Notes under the pieces: model-generated | Databases searched by the model: none | The model's input: only the letters and a program-made list of their open reading frames with translations | Told to the model about the DNA's origin: nothing | Part shown: in pieces, positions 1 to 13,619 of the stretch | Layout of the letters: every line of letters begins with the position of its first letter | Position numbering within the stretch: the first letter of the stretch is position 1 | Program-made: the position numbers and the translations under genes | Assembly (NCBI GenBank): GCA_951406725.2 | Contig: OX597818.1 | Coordinates: 88,536,001 to 88,600,000, forward strand | DNA from: Octopus vulgaris | Lineage: Eukaryota | Reading direction: 5' to 3' | Length of the DNA stretch: 64,000 bases

Positions 1-2
1 AT

Positions 3-37
<35 letters not shown>

Positions 38-38
<1 letters not shown>

Positions 39-340
39 ACGTGATCACGTGACCGACCAAACCATCAGATGTTGTTACACATCGCTGGTTACAATGGGTT
101 CGCATTGTTTTAGCCTTCGAATGACGTCATCCCGCTGGCTAAGCGAGCAGGCCAACAGAAGAAAGAGTGGGAGAAAGAGTGGTGAAAGAGTACAGCAGGG
201 ATCACCACCCCCTGCCGGAGCGTCGTTGAGCTTTTGTGTGTTTTCGTTCAATAAACACTCACAACACCCGGTCTGGGAATCGAAACCGCGATCCTACGAC
301 CGCGAGTCCGCTGCCCTAACCACTGAGCCATTGCGCCTCC
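38..340 (-). mobile_element. tRNA-derived SINE (family A)
   Basis: Minus strand starts GGAGGCGCAATGGCTCAGTGGTTAGGGCAGCGGACTCGCGGTCGTAGGATCGCGGTTTCGATTCCC: A box TGGCTCAGTGG and B-box-like GGTTTCGATTCC, then a non-tRNA body ending in (TA)n. Confidence 0.8.
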
Positions 341-370
341 ACACACATACACACACACACACACACACAC

Positions 371-449
<79 letters not shown>

Positions 450-467
450 AAAAAATATATATATATA

Positions 468-588
468 AATACAAAATGGGACAAGAACGCAAAACACTCA
501 AATAGACGACACAAAAAATGGACAGGTCATTCGAAGCCTCTAATCTTCAATCAAGAACCGGATCATCCTCGTAATTTCGGCTGATTAT
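468..588 (-). repeat. Short interspersed repeat fragment between (TA)n tracts; second copy at about 36250-36332
   Basis: GGGACAAGAACGCA..ACA....AA..GACGA..CAAAAAA..GGAC.GG.CATTCGAA.CCT..AATCTTCA.TCA occurs at both loci, each next to a microsatellite. Strand and Penelope-tail origin are inferred. Confidence 0.6.
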
Positions 589-592
589 ATAC

Positions 593-686
<94 letters not shown>

Positions 687-791
687 TGTATATAAATATA
701 TTTAAAAACATGTATTATAAATACACACATATATGTTTGTGTGTATGCACAATATGAGCGTTGCGCTGCATGTGTGTTTATTTGCATGCAA

Positions 792-825
<34 letters not shown>

Positions 826-2962
826 GAAATTTACAGAAAAACAAAAGACGAAAATAGAGATTCAGATTGTTTTCTCTTAAACAGAGCAGGACGTTTAAAG
901 TAAGGAACGCACACGAGCTAATGTAGTGAATATTTTAGAAATAGATGTTAAAATGTTATTTTCAACGGAAGATCCCAGAGTGTGTTGGTTATACAGAGGG
1001 TGAAATCAATTGGTATTGAAACATAGATTACTTACTGATGTATTCAACGCAAAGGTAAGCCTATTTCTAATGTTCATTGCATTGTTCCTGTGTACCTTTA
1101 CTGTGAGCTTCTGGTGGTTTTGGAGCCTTGGCTCTGATTTTAGCAAGTGGTGTTATATATCCTACTGAATCTAAATTTACCTTATATTGTGTCTGTTAAC
1201 GGTGTGAACTAGCTAGCCACCTTATTATTATCGCATTAATGTCATTAATAAAGGTAATAATACTTCTTTATTTAAACTTATAAACACACACACGCACACT
1301 TATTTAAACTTAAACACATACAAACGGAAACACGTATACACAACCCAAATACATACACGCAATGACAAATATATATGCATAAATATACGCGTGTGTGTGC
1401 GTGCGTGCATGTGTGTGTCTGCATGTGTTTGTGTGTGTGTGAATGTGTATTTGTATATTTGTATTCTTATACATTTATGTATGTGTGTGTGTGTTTTTTT
1501 CTTTTTTTTTTTGTTTGAGTCACTGAACTGCGGCCACGGTAGACAATGCCTTCAATGACTTAATCGATCGCATTAACTTCAGTACATATTTCTATCAATC
1601 CATATATTTTATTAATATATATTTGTCAGATCAATAATTTTACTTTTTGAAACTGCATCGTATTTTAACGTCAACTTCGATAAAAACAGCTCCTGTGCAT
1701 CTCATTGATATTTATTCACTGATAATCCTTCTTTTTGAGCTATATGAAGCTGTAAATCTGTCTGCCAAATGTAATAGCTATGATGATAAACACAGAAAAC
1801 TAATTTGTATTTTAGACTTTATGCAATATACACATATACACCTGTTTCGGCAAATGAGTTACCGTTTTTACGTAAGCCAGTTTCTATTATTATGTAATAT
1901 GCACTCCCACGGTATTATCAGCAAAAAAAAGAAATAAAAAATATATATAATATATAAAAATGTGTATGCTTTAATATATCTAAAATGCAAATTATGTGCT
2001 AGGTATTTGGCATCGCAGAATCGATGATATCAGAGTGTAAGATTGTATAAATGTGTGAGAGGGTAATTGTAACGATGAGAAAGGTTAGTCTTCACACAAC
2101 GCCTAATATATTTTCAGCTTGATTTACGTGCATTCATTCACGATCTCTTCGACTCACATGTGGTCTTCAGTCTTTAAGGAAACTTAATGATATACGGCAG
2201 CATGGTGGGTTCGTCGAAGCAGTTGCGTAACAGAGTAAATGGCAGACGGTAAATATAGGCATGTGCAATCATGTTTTGCATGTTCTTAAACACTCGGATA
2301 CAGAAGAGACACGCTATCGAAATTGTCCCTAGAGAAAAATATTCTTCTTATAAATAAAATGAGTGATAACGCATCATTAGATTATGAAGGTAGTTATTGG
2401 ATTGTGGGTTGCATGCGTTTCTGCGTCGTTGCACGTCGTCAATTACGGACATGGAGTAATCGTTTATAGCCACTAAGAATTATATGTATGTATGCATGTA
2501 TGTATTTATATATGTATGTGTGTATGTATGTATATGTGTGTTAGTATATCTGTATGTATTTTTTCTCTTTTAATTTAGAGTCGACTTCGACTGACCACCT
2601 TTTTGGTAGCAAAATATGTTTTGAAAAGTAAACCTCATTTGGTCACACTTCATGAAAGTATCTTGGTCAGCGTTTGAGCTATTCAGCCAACCTTCGTATA
2701 AAGATGTACGGCATTTATTTGCTAGTATGTATAGTTTATACAGAGAATGTGTTATTGTTTAGCCGAAGATCAGTCATGATTAACGACACCTTTCGTTAAA
2801 GGCTTTCCCAAAGTGAACACCCTTTTAGAGTCACAACGTCCAATTTGATATATTTTAAAAAGGACAAGTAGAATATGATTTGGGAAACAGATTTAACTGC
2901 TATTTCTAGATGGCCAACTGTTAAAGCTATAGCTTCCCTGCTTTATATAAGCTTATATTGCA

Positions 2963-3345
2963 TCTCTTTACTCTTTTACTCTTTTACTTGTTTCAGTCAT
3001 TTGACTGTGGCTATGCTGGAGCACCGACTTTAGTCGAGCAAATCGACCTCAGGACTTATTCTTTGTAAGCCTAGTACTTATTCTATCGGTCTCTTTTGCC
3101 GAACCGCTAAGTTACGGCGACTTAAACACACCAGCATCGGTTGTCAAGCGTTGTTGGGGGGACAAACACAGACACACAAACATATACGCACACATATAAA
3201 TATACATATATACGACGGGCTTCTTTCAGTTTCCGTCTACCAAATCAACTCACAAGGCTTTGATCGACCCGAGGCTATAGTAGAAGTCCTGAACCCGGAA
3301 CCATGTGGCTGGTAAACAAGCTACTTACCACACAGCCGCTCCTAC
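2963..3345 (-). mobile_element. SINE family 1 (tRNA-like head, CORE-like ACCTTGGGCAAG motif in full copies, internal microsatellite, GAGTAAAA tail)
   Basis: Matches other copies in the window; tail CCAGCATGGCCGCAGTCAAATGACTGAAACAAGTAAAAGAG. This copy has an internal deletion near the head. Confidence 0.9.
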
Positions 3346-3479
3346 TGCTGTCGTGTGTGATATTGAGTACGTGTTAATGTGCTTGCTTTCCAGCGCATTT
3401 GTGCATCCATACATATGTGTGTGTATTTGTGTGTTTTGGGGGTAAAAACAAAAAGGTGTAACGTTATTCTTGCAGAATC

Positions 3480-3573
3480 AGTATTGAAACTGGTACCATG
3501 TGGATAGGAAGCAAACTTCTTACCATATAGTCACACCGTCACTTGCCGTATATGTAAATATACGTATATATAC

Positions 3574-3607
<34 letters not shown>

Positions 3608-3766
3608 ATGTGCGTCTACGTCCCCGTAACTTAGCGTTTCGGCATAAGAGACCGATAGAAGCAGTACTAGGCTTACAAAGAATAAGTCCTGGGTTCGATT
3701 TGTTCGAATAAAGGCGATGCTGCAGCGTGGCCGCAGTCAAAGGATTGAAACAAAGCAGTAAAAGAG

Positions 3767-3767
<1 letters not shown>
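3480..3767 (+). mobile_element. SINE family 1, 3' half with degenerate head
   Basis: CGTCCCCGTAACTTAGCG...GAGACCGATAGAA...GGCCGCAGTCAAA...AGTAAAAGAG. Confidence 0.8.
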
Positions 3768-3860
<93 letters not shown>

Positions 3861-4872
3861 TGTATGTATGTATGTATGTATGTATGTATGTATGTATACA
3901 CACACACACACGCATATACATGCTTATTTATGTTTTATGTATGTGTGTACCAAATAGTCATTTTACGTATATTGTAATATATACGAACACACAAGCGCGC
4001 ACGCACTCACCTAATGTACACATATATTCATACATATACATGCGTGTGCATGTGAATATGTATGCGAGTATATATATGTGTGTATGTGTGTGTGTGTGCG
4101 TGTGTGTTTGTGTGTATGTTTGTATATGTGTGTATATGTGCGTATGAATTAAACTGTCCCTATGGCTAAACTAATCCATTAGATCAACTCTAACCCCGCC
4201 ATTTCATTACATTTCATTAAAGCAAGTTAAAAATAAATACAACAATTTAAAATATATCCATCATGTGTGCATCGATGTTCCCCATATTGCCACACTTCAA
4301 ACATATATTATGTGATATGGTCAGTTCTGATATTCAGATACGTGTTTAGATAATTCGCTCTATACTGAAATCTTTAATCTAACAACCATTGATTATCTCC
4401 CTCTATCTCTTTTCCTTTCTATCTTTCTTTTTTTCTTCCTCTATCTCTCTCACCCTTCCCTCCCTCTCTCTCCTTCTCTCTCTCTCGCTCGCTATCTCTG
4501 TATATGTAAGTGTATGTGTATGTATATGTATGTATATGTAGGTAATTACAAGACTATGCATCAATGCATGTATGTAACTGTACACACATACACACATACA
4601 CAAGCACACACACACAAACACACATACAAACACACACACTCTCTCTCTCTTTCACACGCACATACACAAAAAACTCTTTCTCTTTCACACACACATATAC
4701 ACACGCACACATATATACAAACGCATATACATGTAGATATGTGTCTGTACATGTGTGTATGTGTGCGCCTCTGTATTTTTGCATGTATATGGCTGCATGT
4801 ATAGCTATCTTTCTCTCATTCTCTCTCTCTCTCTCTGTCACTCTCTCTATATATATATACATGCATATATGC

Positions 4873-4928
<56 letters not shown>

Positions 4929-5023
4929 TTATATATATGCGTTTATATACCTAAATATATGCATACTTATTAATATATACGTATGTATATGTGTGTCGAT
5001 ATGTATATATGTATATACATAAT

Positions 5024-5063
<40 letters not shown>

Positions 5064-5110
5064 TATACAAATGTATATGTGCCATCTCTATATGCATGTA
5101 TGTCTGTATG

Positions 5111-5158
<48 letters not shown>

Positions 5159-5609
5159 ACTATGTAAAGATAGATATGTACATCTATATACGTAGTGAAA
5201 TCGATTTATAAATAGACAGATATGAGTTATATATGTGTGCGTGAATAGAAGCGCGCAACTTGATGCATTCTTAAGAAGAGAAGAGAAAAGAAAAACTTGC
5301 TACAAATATACACATACACGCACACTAACAAATATAGACACACACTAACACACAGACACACAGACGCACACACATGTGTAAGAGGTAATGGAAAAAATGG
5401 TTTATCGTTATAATTCCATCAATATTCTCGTATTTCTGTTTTTCGGTATTGTCTTATTCGATGCCTCACATAAACACGTTTATAAGGCACACATGTAAGA
5501 ATGCACATTTCCACCTCCTAACACTCACGTATGAATATGCATTCATACAAATGTGTGTATATATATATATATATATATATGTATATGTACGCATGTATGT
5601 ATATATTAT

Positions 5610-5680
<71 letters not shown>

Positions 5681-5836
5681 GAATGTATTAATAGTCTCTG
5701 ACTATCTATTTTTCCTACTAGACCGCTGGTGGCAAATAATTTCTGCTGAATTTTTTTTGCTACCCTATATTGAATAAATATATATATATAGATATATATA
5801 CATATCAAATTAGGCAACAAGGATATCCAGAAGTAA

Positions 5837-5922
5837 TGCAGTACGATCGTTTCATGTAACTTCATTTAATTGAACAAGCAATCATTACACTAATTTTAAA
5901 TACAGAGCAATCTTCAGCTGCA
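5837..5922 (-). ncRNA. Type I hammerhead ribozyme motif inside a ~290 bp element (about 5800-6090) flanked by (TA)n
   Basis: Minus strand: TGCAG-CTGAAGA-[57 nt]-GAAA-CGATCG-TA/CTGCA. Stem I is a perfect 5 bp, the core is intact, stem III is palindromic and the site is GUA. Stem II is atypical. Confidence 0.7.
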
Positions 5923-6122
5923 CAAAGACATAGAATTGAATTAAATTAGAAGAGATGGACACATTAGTATATTTATACCTAAAATCTCCAAGAAGTTAAG
6001 GTGAAAGGCAAAACACATGCTATCTCACTCCAGTATAAGTGTTACTAAGTTGTCAAGAAGATATACATTGTTACAGATATGCATTATTACATTGTATATG
6101 TGTATATATATATATATACACA

Positions 6123-6143
<21 letters not shown>

Positions 6144-6153
<10 letters not shown>

Positions 6154-6570
6154 TCCTTTACTTGTTTCAGTCATTTTGACTGCGACCATGCTGGAGCACC
6201 GCCTTTAGTCGAGCAAATCGACCCCGGGACTTATTCTTTGTAAGCCTAGTACTTATTCTATCGGTCTCTTTTGCCGAACCGCTAAGTGACCGCTAAGTGA
6301 CGGGGACATAAACACACCAGCATCGGTTGTCAAGCAATGCTAGGGGGACAAACACAGACACACAAACATACACACACACACATATATTTATATATATACA
6401 TATATACGACGGGCTTCTTTCAGTTTCCATCTACCAAATCCACTCACAAGGCTTTGGTCGGCCCGAGGCTATAGTAGAAGACACTTGCCCAAGGTGCCAC
6501 GCAGTGGGATTGAACCCGGAGCCATGTGGTTGGTAAGTAAGCTACTTATCACACAGCCACTCCTGCGCCT
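6144..6570 (-). mobile_element. SINE family 1, full length
   Basis: Head AGGCGCAGGAGTGGCTGTGTGATAAG...GGGTTCAATCCC, then ACCTTGGGCAAGTGTCTT and the same tail. A 12 bp internal duplication CCGCTAAGTGAC is present. Confidence 0.9.
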
Positions 6571-7538
6571 ATATATATATATATATATATACTATAAGAA
6601 TCCCCATGACGGTAACATACTTTTTTACGAAGGCAAAGAGAAAAACAATGAATCAACACGATATATCGATATATGAAGATAATATCCAGAGATCCAATTG
6701 TAGGAAGTTTGTAAGCATCAAGTAGTCTGTGATAGGCATAGAAAATAAAAAGTGTACGGTCGGTCAGAAATAATGACAGTTTATTGACATCGAAGTCACG
6801 AGAAAATTCGATAAGCCGAAAAGTTTTTGTATAGCCCACGTTTAGCAACTAGAGTTCCTAAGAATGCAAATAAAAGTTCAAATTAAAGGAGTGGAGCAGT
6901 TAAAGTGCCGGCTGCACATGTTCCTAAGCTAGCTGACCATCTGATGTAATAACTACACAACGAGGAGTACTCAGTTTAGCTAATCATCAGGCCGAGAATA
7001 TATATATGTATGTATGTCTTTGTGTTTGTCTTTGTATCTCACCATTCCTTTACTATCGGTATTGGTTTATTTACTTACCTGTAACATAGCTATTTGGCAT
7101 AAGGGACTGATAAGATAAGTACTGAGCTTTAAAAAAAAGCCTACTGGGATCGATTAATTCGGCTAAGACACTTCAAGGCTGTGCCCCAGCATGGCCGCAG
7201 TCCAATGACTGAAACAAAGTAAAAAGTAAAAGTCAATACAAAACAAAGAAACAAATTCTAGTGCTCGTAATAGTGTACCAGCAAGACACGACCTCTGGCT
7301 GATGCCAATAATAAAATAATAGAATAAAAAAAAGATTTTTGAATCGAATTTGGTAGATGGAAACTGTACAGAATCTCTTCGGACGGTTTGTTAGGGCTTT
7401 TAGGCGGTGAGTTCTTAAACCGTCACCAATTTTAAACCCCAACAATTGCTGAGGAGATGAAGATCACAGTCTATTTTAGGACGTTTGAAGCGTTTTCACG
7501 AGGAGGCTGTCCCGTTGATCGAATCAACTGGAATACTT

Positions 7539-7956
7539 ATTTCTTTATTGGCCACAAGGGGATAAACATATAGAGGGGACAAACAAGGACAGACAAAGGG
7601 ATTAAGATGATTACATCGACCCCAGTGCGTAACTGATACTTAATTTATCGACCCCGAGAGGATAAAAGACAAAGTCGACCTCGGCGGAATTTGAACTCAG
7701 AACGTAATGACAGACGAAATACCTATTTCTTTACAACCCACAAGAGGCAAAACACAGAAGGGACAAACAAGTACAGACAAACGGATTAAGTAGAGTATAT
7801 CTACCCCAGTGCGTAACTGGTACTTATTTAACCGACCCCGAAAGGATAAAAGGCAAAGTCGATCTCAGCGGAATTTGAACTCAGAACGTAACGGCAGACG
7901 AATTACCGCTAATTATTTCGTCCGCCGTGCTAACGTTTCTGCCAGCTCGCTGTCTT
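7539..7956 (-). mobile_element. SINE family 2, dimeric copy with 16 bp TSD
   Basis: Two tandem bodies containing the ACTTTGCCTTT.ATCCTTTCGGGGTCGATAAATTAAGTACCAG-type core. TSD is ATCAACTGGAATACTT (7523-7538) and ATCAACAGGAATTCTT (7957-7972). Confidence 0.85.
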
Positions 7957-8265
7957 ATCAACAGGAATTCTTGTCGGAGTACCAGTTGATACAAACATGA
8001 AAATGGAACGAGAATTGAATATGTAAGTCTTTTAAGGAAAGGTGAATCTCGAAGTAAATAAGGCTATGAATAATAGCGTGTAAACACAGGGTTAACAACG
8101 CTTTGGTTAGTATGCACGTGTTATATCTTTTCTTTTTTTTCCTATTCAAGGGTTATATGATCCAATATTTAGACATTGTTGCTTCCAGGTTCATCCTTCC
8201 AAAAAGTACTTATTTTCTGTTCTCAAAGTTTCTAAATTCCCATAAGTATATACACATACACACAC

Positions 8266-8392
8266 ATGGTTCCGGGTTCAGTCCCTCTGCTTGGTTCCTT
8301 GGGCAAGTGTCTTCTACTATAGCCTCGGGCCGACCAAAGCCTTGTGAGAGTAGATAGATTTGGTAGGCAGAAATTGAAAGAAGCCAATCGTG

Positions 8393-8434
<42 letters not shown>

Positions 8435-8655
8435 CGCGTGTATACATTTGTATGTGCATGTATATGTGTCTTTTTGTTTGTGTTTGTTCCCCCACATCCC
8501 TTGACAACTGATGTCCCTGTAACTTAGTAATTCGGCAAAAGACACCGATAGAATAAGTACTAGGCTTACAAAGAATAAGTCCTGGGAAAGATTTGCTCGA
8601 CTAAAAAACATTTTAAGGCAGTGCTCCATCATGACCGCAGTCAAACGACTAAACA
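8266..8655 (+). mobile_element. SINE family 1, 5'-truncated
   Basis: CATGGTTCCGGGTTCAGTCCC...CTTGGGCAAGTGTCTTCTACTATAGCC...ATGACCGCAGTCAAACGACT. Confidence 0.85.
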
Positions 8656-8695
8656 ATGTGTGCATAATGACATGTGTGTGTGTGTATGTATATAC

Positions 8696-8726
<31 letters not shown>

Positions 8727-8742
8727 ATATATACACACATCT

Positions 8743-8777
<35 letters not shown>

Positions 8778-8990
8778 CACACCTCACACCTTCTTGAACG
8801 CTCTTATATAAACAGTGTCACATATTACGTACATACATTTACACTTTTATACGCATATACACACACTTGTATACAGTACACAAACAAAACCACATATACA
8901 CATATACATACATACACATACATATACATAAACCGCATATACATAAATATACACATATACATACATCTACGACACACACATATGCACACA

Positions 8991-9022
<32 letters not shown>

Positions 9023-9088
9023 GACACACATATATATATATACACATACACAACACACACACACACACACACATATATACACATATAC

Positions 9089-9130
<42 letters not shown>

Positions 9131-9142
9131 CACATATACAAC

Positions 9143-9189
<47 letters not shown>

Positions 9190-9299
9190 GCGCGCGCACA
9201 CATGTCTCCAAACAGACTATTTTGTATAAATTTCTCTGCAACCCATTATTATTTTCCCTCAGAACACTAAATACCGTTTCCTCTGGCGATGATTGTAAA

Positions 9300-9842
9300 T
9301 AGATGGGGTTGGTTAGGGGGGGACGTTACTGGTGGGTGAGGATTTGAAGGATGTAGAGGTGATGGCGACAAATACGGTAGCGGTAGTGGTAGAGGAGTGG
9401 TAGTGGTGTTGATAGTAACACTGGTAGTGTGTAGTAATGGTGGTTGTGGTGGTGGTGGTGGTGGAGAAGATGGCAGTGGTAGTGGTACTGGTGGTAGGGG
9501 TGATGGTGGTGGAGGTGATAGTGGGGATGATGGTGCCGGTTGCAGCACATAGTTGTGTTAATGGTGGAGGTGGTGGAGGTGGTGGTGGTGGTGATGGTTA
9601 GCAGTGGTGGTGATGTTGACAGTGGTAGTGCATAATGACAGTAGTGGGATGGTGGTGGTGGTGGTGGTGGTGTAGTGGTGGTGGTGGTGGTGGTGGTGGT
9701 GGTGGTGGGTGTGAAAAAGGGTTGTGAGAATGGTGGGTAGATTGTAATTCTGGTGGTAATGAGGGAGCCTCTACGTGGTCAAGCTACCGGCTAGAAATAA
9801 CAATGAAATCTCTTTCTACTACTACTACTACTGCTGCAACTA

Positions 9843-9875
<33 letters not shown>

Positions 9876-10515
9876 TACTACTACTACCATATCAATCACT
9901 TGTACCTCCACCACCACTACAACCACCACTACTACGACAATCATCATCATCACCACCGACTCAAATCAAAACTTTCACGATACCACAGCGATGACCACAA
10001 CTAATATCGCCACCACCAGCACAACCAGCACCACCAGCACCACCACCATCATCATTATCGACAGCTTCTACATCACCATATGCATACCACTGCTATCAAA
10101 ATCGAAACTTTCACCACCGCCATCTCCACAATACCATCACCACCACCAAAACCACAACCCTTATAAAACATTGTGAGGCGGCGATCTGGCAGAAACGTTA
10201 ACACGCCGAGCGAAATGCTTAGTGTTGTTTCGTCTGTGTTTACGTTCTGAGTTCAAATTCCATTGAGGTCGACTTTGCCTTCATCCTTTCAGGGTCAATA
10301 AATCAAGTACTAGTTGCGCACTATGGTCGATCTAATCGACTGGCCCCTTCGCCCAAAATGTCGGGCCTTGTGCCTAGAATAGAAAGGATTATAAAACATT
10401 AACTTACAACAACAGTGTCATTACAACTGTTGCCAACATTCAACCAAGTGCCACCATCACTACCACCAACACCTCCATTATTACCACCACCACTGCCACC
10501 ACCACCACCATCACC

Positions 10516-10547
<32 letters not shown>

Positions 10548-11000
10548 CACCATCACTACCAACACCATTGCCACCACCAAGCATCGTAATCACAACAGCA
10601 TCAACAACCACGACAAATTTTGACCGTTGCCAACCGCTCGATCAAACCTCACCACCACCACCACCACCACCTTCACCACCACCATCACCACCACCACAAA
10701 GGACAACACAACAACGTAATTGCCACCAGTACTACCACCACCACCACCACCACCACAACCAAACATCATAACGACAGAACAGGACCAATAACATCACCAC
10801 CACCAACACCACCACCAGCACCACCACCAACACCAACACCATCATGAATGTCAAGACCACCAACATCACTATCTCTATTACCTTCATTACCATCACCACC
10901 GTCACCCGTACCACCTCAGGCATCACCGCTACCACCAAACAACATAAGTAAAACAACAGTACCAATTACCAAAAACAATTCACCAAAATCTGTAGACATC
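9300..11000. repeat. Trinucleotide low-complexity island: (GGT)n, (ACT)n, (CAC)n
   Basis: Degenerate triplet arrays, interrupted by a SINE at 10173. Confidence 0.85.
10173..10388 (+). mobile_element. SINE family 2 with 12 bp TSD and an alternative 3' tail
   Basis: Head GGCGGCGATCTGGCAGAAACGTTAA...GAGTTCAAATTCC. TSD TTATAAAACATT at 10161-10172 and 10389-10400. Confidence 0.85.
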
Positions 11001-11417
11001 TTATTTCCTTATTTCCTCATTCATTCACCAAAATAATAGTTCCATGTCTTTTTTTATTGTTATCTCTATTATTTTTCAGTTTTTCATATATTTCTCTCCC
11101 ACTTTCTCTATCTCCCTTTCACTGCCTCCCATTTACTCTCTCTCTCTCTCACTTTCCCTCGTTCATTTTCTTACTGTCTTGATTTTTTTTTTCAGTTTTG
11201 TTCTTGTCTGCACAGCTACACTTTATGTATGTATGTATGTATATTTGTATGTATGTATGTATGTGTGTATGTATGTATGTATGTATGTATGTATGTATGT
11301 ATGTATGTATGTATGGATGGATGGATGTACGTATGCATGCATGTATGTATGTATGTATATATGTATGTATGTATGCATGTATGTAACTATGTATGGATGT
11401 ATACATGAATGTGTGTG

Positions 11418-11456
<39 letters not shown>

Positions 11457-11536
11457 GTATGTGTGTGTGTGTAAATAAGTAAGTACCTATGTCTTTATAT
11501 ATGTGTGTATATATCTATGTATAGACACACAGAGAC

Positions 11537-11638
<102 letters not shown>

Positions 11639-11699
11639 TCGCACACACACACCTTGATTACAAAAATAATTATCTCTCGGTTTCAATGGCGCATATATT

Positions 11700-11865
11700 T
11701 TCCACCTGGTCGCAGAATTGCTCATATTTACCAGCTGAGTGGATTGGAGCACCGTGAAAAGAAGAGTTTTCCTCAAGAAAACAACGCGTCGCCCAGTCCG
11801 GGAATCGAAACTATAATCTCACGATCATAAATCCAACACCCCTTACTACTAAGCCACAGCCCTCA
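11700..11865 (-). mobile_element. tRNA-derived SINE family 3, diverged 5' part
   Basis: Minus strand TGTGGCTTAGTAGTAAG...GTTTCGATTCCCGGAC...CTTGAGGAAAAC...GCTCCAATCCACTCAGCTG resembles the copy at 46006. Confidence 0.65.
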
Positions 11866-12044
11866 ACTGGGGCACTACCTCGATGGATTTAGTTGAATAA
11901 TTCGTACTATTTGGTTTTTAACTTATTTTATTAGTGTCTTTTGCCGAACTGGTAAACAACGGTGCCGTAGAAACCAACACTATTTCCCTCCACCCATTTA
12001 TAAATACATACATACATACATACATACATACATACATACATACA

Positions 12045-12078
<34 letters not shown>

Positions 12079-12099
12079 CATACATACATATACATATAT

Positions 12100-12334
12100 A
12101 AAATTATAAAAATAAGGATAAGATCAATATTTAAATACCGATCTTATCAGGTGGCCAGCATGAGAATGAAACCCATAAAAGGTAATAATTATTATTAAAA
12201 TTATAATTTAGGTTATCTAAGAGATACCACCACGCGTGAAATAGCAGCTAAAACTTGACTAAAATTCCTAATTCAAATTCCTAATAATGGAAATCGATGC
12301 TGACATGGGAATCCGCGAAAGCCACGTGACCGAA

Positions 12335-12335
<1 letters not shown>
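12100..12335 (-). repeat. Diverged relative of the ~230 bp unit found in the adjacent palindrome
   Basis: Shares AAGGATAAGAT..., TATCAGGTGGCCAGCATG, AAAGGTAATAATTATT, TATCTA.GAGATACCACCA and GAAATAGCAGC with 12885-13030. Confidence 0.75.
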
Positions 12336-12394
<59 letters not shown>

Positions 12395-12628
12395 GAGGAT
12401 AAAATCGTTAATTTAAAAATAAAATAACGATTTTATCAAGTGGTCAGCATGGAAAAAAAAACCTTCAAAGGTAATAATTATTAAAATTATAAATTAGGGT
12501 ATCTACGAGATACTACCATGCTGAAAATAGTAGCTATGATCTGACTCTAAAACCACTTTAATTGTCCATATATCAACACGGAGAGGAAACAAAGAGACGA
12601 GATGAAACTAGTAAAAAATTACTGGATA

Positions 12629-12686
12629 ATTCTAGATCCGGATTTCTGACTTTGCATTTATGAATGCTTTGCCTCGTCAGTAGAAT
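12629..12686 (-). ncRNA. Type I hammerhead ribozyme motif (left arm of palindrome)
   Basis: Reverse complement of 13562-13619. Confidence 0.75.
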
Positions 12687-13561
12687 ACACACAGAAGATA
12701 AGCATAAATACATATATATATATAAATACAACATACGAATACTTACATATACGAACGTATACCCACATATATATGCACGTATGCATCATGACCAGTTCAA
12801 AATGCCCGCCGTTTAATTCCATGTGAGATATGGTCAAAATATCGCCGCAGTAAACAGTGACGAAATAAATTTAAATTTAAATAAATAAGGATAAGATAGT
12901 TAATTTTAAAATAAAATAACGATTTTATCAAGTGGTCAGCATGGAAAAAAATAACCTTCAAAGGTAATAATTATTAAAATTATAAATTGGAGTATCTACG
13001 AGATACCACCATGCTGAAAATAGCAGCCATGATCTGACTCGAAAACCATTTTAATTGTCCATATATCAACACGGAGAGAAAAAAAGAGACAAGATGAAAC
13101 TAGTAAAAAATTAATTAGATCTAGAATTATCCAGTAATTTTTTACTAGTTTCATCTTGTCTCTTTTTTTCTCTCCGTGTTGATATATGGACAATTAAAAT
13201 GGTTTTCGAGTCAGATCATGGCTGCTATTTTCAGCATGGTGGTATCTCGTAGATACTCCAATTTATAATTTTAATAATTATTACCTTTGAAGGTTATTTT
13301 TTTCCATGTTGACCACTTGATAAAATCGTTATTTTATTTTAAAATTAACTATCTTATCCTTATTTATTTAAATTTAAATTTATTTCGTCACTGTTTACTG
13401 CGGCGATATTTTGACCATATCTCACATGGAATTAAACGGCGGGCATTTTGAACTGGTCATGATGCATACGTGCATATATATGTGGGTATACGTTCGTATA
13501 TGTAAGTATTCGTATGTTGTATTTATATATATATATGTATTTATGCTTATCTTCTGTGTGT

Positions 13562-13619
13562 ATTCTACTGACGAGGCAAAGCATTCATAAATGCAAAGTC
13601 AGAAATCCGGATCTAGAAT
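13562..13619 (+). ncRNA. Type I hammerhead ribozyme motif (right arm of palindrome)
   Basis: ATTCTA-CTGACGA-GGC AAA GCATT CATA AATGC AAA GTC-A-GAAA-TCCGGA-TC/TAGAAT. Stem I is 6 bp, stem II is bipartite, stem III is palindromic and predicted cleavage is after C13613. There is one extra A before GAAA. Confidence 0.75.

Noticed and set aside
265-340. tRNA gene
   Set aside because: The tRNA-like head has no matching acceptor stem or poly-T terminator and continues into a SINE body.
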